From a virus, in UHGV virus genome UHGV-0245401: a DNA stretch of 29,189 nt; one strand, written 5' to 3'. Below, piece by piece: positions 26,621 to 29,189 of the stretch. Positions within the stretch are counted from its first letter, which is position 1. Each line of letters starts with the position of its first letter. The position numbers and the translations under genes are program-made. The notes below the pieces were generated by a model that was not told the origin of the DNA, made no database searches, and was given only the letters and a program-made list of their open reading frames with translations.

Positions 26621-29060
26621 CAATGTAAAATTACAGGTATTGCTCAGGGCTGTTGACCAGGCATCCCGCCCGTTTAAATCCATCCGCACAGCGAGCAAAT
26701 CGCTGTCGGGGGATATCCGGGAAACACAAAAATCACTGCGCGAGCTGAACGGTCAGGCGTCCCGTATTGAGGGATTTCGCAAGACCAGTGCACAGCTCGC
26801 CGTGACTGGTCATGCACTTGAAAAGGCACGGCAGGAGGCTGAAGCCCTTGCCACACAGTTTAAAAACACCGAACGTCCGACCCGTGCTCAGGCGAAAGTG
26901 CTGGAATCCGCAAAGCGTGCGGCGGAGGACTTACAGGCGAAATATAACCGCCTGACGGATTCCGTTAAACGCCAGCAGCGGGAACTGGCCGCTGTGGGAA
27001 TTAATACCCGCAATCTTGCACATGATGAGCAGGGACTGAAAAACCGTATCAGTGAAACCACCGCACAGCTTAACCGTCAGCGCGACGCGCTGGCGCGTGT
27101 CAGTGCGCAACAGGCAAAACTTAACGCAGTCAAACAGCGTTATCAGGCCGGAAAGGAACTGGCCGGAAATATGGCCTCGGTGGGCGCTGCCGGTGTGGGG
27201 ATTGCGGCGGCGGGAACGATGGCCGGAGTTAAGCTGCTGATGCCCGGTTATGAGTTTGCGCAGAAAAACTCAGAATTGCAGGCCGTGCTCGGAGTGGCAA
27301 AAGACTCCGCCGAAATGACCGCACTACGCAAACAGGCGCGCCAGCTCGGCGACAATACCGCCGCCTCGGCGGATGATGCGGCCGGTGCACAGATAATCAT
27401 CGCGAAAGCGGGTGGGGATGTTGATGCCATTCAGGCGGCAACGCCGGTCACGCTGAATATGGCGCTGGCGAACCGCCGCACGATGGAAGAAAACGCCGCC
27501 CTGCTGATGGGGATGAAATCCGCCTTTCAGCTTTCAAACGATAAGGTCGCTCATATCGGGGATGTTCTCTCCATGACGATGAACAAAACCGCCGCCGATT
27601 TTGACGGCATGAGCGATGCGCTGACCTATGCCGCACCTGTGGCAAAAAATGCCGGTGTCAGCATTGAAGAAACCGCCGCAATGGTCGGGGCGCTGCATGA
27701 TGCAAAAATCACAGGCTCAATGGCGGGGACGGGAAGCCGTGCCGTGTTAAGCCGCCTGCAGGCACCGACGGGAAAAGCATGGGATGCACTCAAAGAGCTT
27801 GGCGTGAAAACCTCAGACAGCAAGGGAAACACCCGGCCAATATTTACCATTCTGAAAGAAATGCAGGCCAGTTTTGAGAAAAACCGGCTCGGTACTGCCC
27901 AGCAGGCTGAATACATGAAAACTATTTTCGGGGAGGAGGCCAGCTCAGCCGCCGCCGTGCTGATGACTGCCGCCTCAACCGGAAAGCTGGACAAACTGAC
28001 CGCTGCGTTTAAAGCCTCAGACGGGAAGACCGCCGAGCTGGTAAATATCATGCAGGACAACCTAGGCGGTGACTTTAAAGAGTTTCAGTCCGCTTATGAG
28101 GCAGTGGGGACTGACCTGTTTGACCAGCAGGAAGGCGCGCTGCGTAAGCTCACGCAGACGGCCACAAAGTATGTGTTAAAACTCGACGGCTGGATCCAGA
28201 AAAACAAATCACTGGCGTCAACCATCGGCATCATTGCCGGTGGCGCGCTGGCGCTGACTGGCATCATCGGTGCCATTGGCCTCGTAGCCTGGCCGGTTAT
28301 CACCGGCATCAATGCCATCATCGCGGCAGCAGGCGCAATGGGGGCAGTCTTCACGACGGTTGGCAGTGCTGTTATGACCGCCATCGGGGCTATTAGCTGG
28401 CCGGTTGTGGCCGTGGTGGCCGCAATTGTCACCGGGGCGTTGCTTATCCGTAAATACTGGGAGCCTGTCAGCGCATTCTTTGGCGGTGTGGTTGAAGGGC
28501 TGAAAGTGGCATTTGCGCCGGTGGGGGAACTGTTCACGCCACTTAAGCCGGTGTTTGACTGGCTGGGTGAAAAGTTACAGGCCGCGTGGCAGTGGTTTAA
28601 AAACCTGATTGCTCCGGTCAAAGCCACTCAGGACACCCTGAACAGTTGCCGTGACACGGGGGGCATGTTCGGGCAGGCACTGGCTGACGCGCTGATGCTG
28701 CCGCTTAATGCGTTCAACAAACTGCGCAGCGGTATTGACTGGGTACTGGAAAAACTCGGTGTTATCAACAAAGAGTCAGACACACTTGACCAGACCGCCG
28801 CCAGAACTCAAGCCGCCACGTATGGCAGCGGTGGTTATATTCCGGCGACCAGCTCTTATGCAGGCTATCAGGCTTATCAGCCGGTCACGGCACCGGCTGG
28901 CCGCTCTTATGTGGACCAGAGTAAAAACGAATATCACATCAGCCTGACGGGTGGTACTGCGCCGGGGACACAGCTTGACCGCCAGTTACAGGATGCGCTC
29001 GAAAAATACGAGCGGGATAAACGTGCGCGCGCCCGTGCCAGCATGATGCATGACGGTTAA
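26613..29060 (+). CDS. T: Tail tape measure protein gpT (815 aa)
   Basis: 815 aa with a coiled-coil-rich N-terminal half and G/A-rich hydrophobic repeats, the same length as P2 T. Confidence 0.9.
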   Translation: MSNNVKLQVLLRAVDQASRPFKSIRTASKSLSGDIRETQKSLRELNGQASRIEGFRKTSAQLAVTGHALEKARQEAEALATQFKNTERPTRAQAKVLESAKRAAEDLQAKYNRLTDSVKRQQRELAAVGINTRNLAHDEQGLKNRISETTAQLNRQRDALARVSAQQAKLNAVKQRYQAGKELAGNMASVGAAGVGIAAAGTMAGVKLLMPGYEFAQKNSELQAVLGVAKDSAEMTALRKQARQLGDNTAASADDAAGAQIIIAKAGGDVDAIQAATPVTLNMALANRRTMEENAALLMGMKSAFQLSNDKVAHIGDVLSMTMNKTAADFDGMSDALTYAAPVAKNAGVSIEETAAMVGALHDAKITGSMAGTGSRAVLSRLQAPTGKAWDALKELGVKTSDSKGNTRPIFTILKEMQASFEKNRLGTAQQAEYMKTIFGEEASSAAAVLMTAASTGKLDKLTAAFKASDGKTAELVNIMQDNLGGDFKEFQSAYEAVGTDLFDQQEGALRKLTQTATKYVLKLDGWIQKNKSLASTIGIIAGGALALTGIIGAIGLVAWPVITGINAIIAAAGAMGAVFTTVGSAVMTAIGAISWPVVAVVAAIVTGALLIRKYWEPVSAFFGGVVEGLKVAFAPVGELFTPLKPVFDWLGEKLQAAWQWFKNLIAPVKATQDTLNSCRDTGGMFGQALADALMLPLNAFNKLRSGIDWVLEKLGVINKESDTLDQTAARTQAATYGSGGYIPATSSYAGYQAYQPVTAPAGRSYVDQSKNEYHISLTGGTAPGTQLDRQLQDALEKYERDKRARARASMMHDG

Positions 29061-29074
29061 GGAGGTGACGAAAA

Positions 29075-29189
29075 ATGATGCTCGCGTTAGGTATGTTTGT
29101 TTTTATGCGCCAGACGCTGCCACACCAGACCATGCAGCGTGAATCAGATTATCGCTGGCCGTCAAATTCCCGTATCGGTAAACGGGATG
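29075..29189 (+). CDS. U: Tail protein gpU, N-terminal part; continues at window position 1
   Basis: GGAGGTGA Shine-Dalgarno, then ATGATG…: MMLALGMFVFMRQTLPHQTMQRESDYRWPSNSRIGKRD, running off the window end in frame with positions 1-365. Confidence 0.85.
   Translation, partial: MMLALGMFVFMRQTLPHQTMQRESDYRWPSNSRIGKRD

Noticed and set aside
26070-28627. Antisense ORFs across E and T (26070-26537, 26141-26527, 27626-28060, 28094-28627)
   Set aside because: Reverse-frame artefacts of the tape-measure and chaperone genes.
1-29189. CRISPR arrays, tRNA or rRNA genes
   Set aside because: No regularly spaced direct repeats with unique spacers were seen, and no tRNA-like or rRNA-like sequence stood out. 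The only repeats found are the 15-mer pair, the Int arm repeats, the operators and the inversion sites.

Overview
The window is a complete genome of a P2-like (Peduovirus-type) temperate phage from an enterobacterial host, presented as a circle linearised inside tail gene U. The 3' end of the window (29075-29189) and the 5' end (1-365) join in frame, with the codon GCC spanning the junction, to give a 159-aa gpU. Gene order and protein sequences match the P2 plan: ogr-[attP]-int-C-cox-orf78-B-orf80-83-A, then cos, then Q-P (minus strand) and O-N-M-L-X-Y-K-lysA-lysB-lysC-R-S-V-W-J-I-H-G-FI-FII-E/E'-T-U-D. All family assignments are from recall of P2 proteins and gene order, not from a database search. 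The canonical P2 accessory genes (old, tin, orf91, Z/fun) are absent and three non-core modules stand in their place. (1) An AT-rich 213-aa ORF of unknown function sits between the ogr terminator and attP, and is the best candidate for a new accessory or anti-phage function. (2) The old/tin position between gene A and cos is about 0.9 kb of mostly non-coding DNA, with a 37-aa ORF behind a strong Shine-Dalgarno, flanking 15-bp direct repeats and a bidirectional terminator. (3) A Mu G-segment-like invertible tail-fibre cassette of about 1.8 kb is bounded by two hix/gix-like 26-bp sites, with an alternative fibre tip and chaperone on the minus strand; the adjacent Hin/Gin-type invertase gene has an in-frame internal deletion, so the cassette is probably locked. 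No tRNA, rRNA or CRISPR array was seen.
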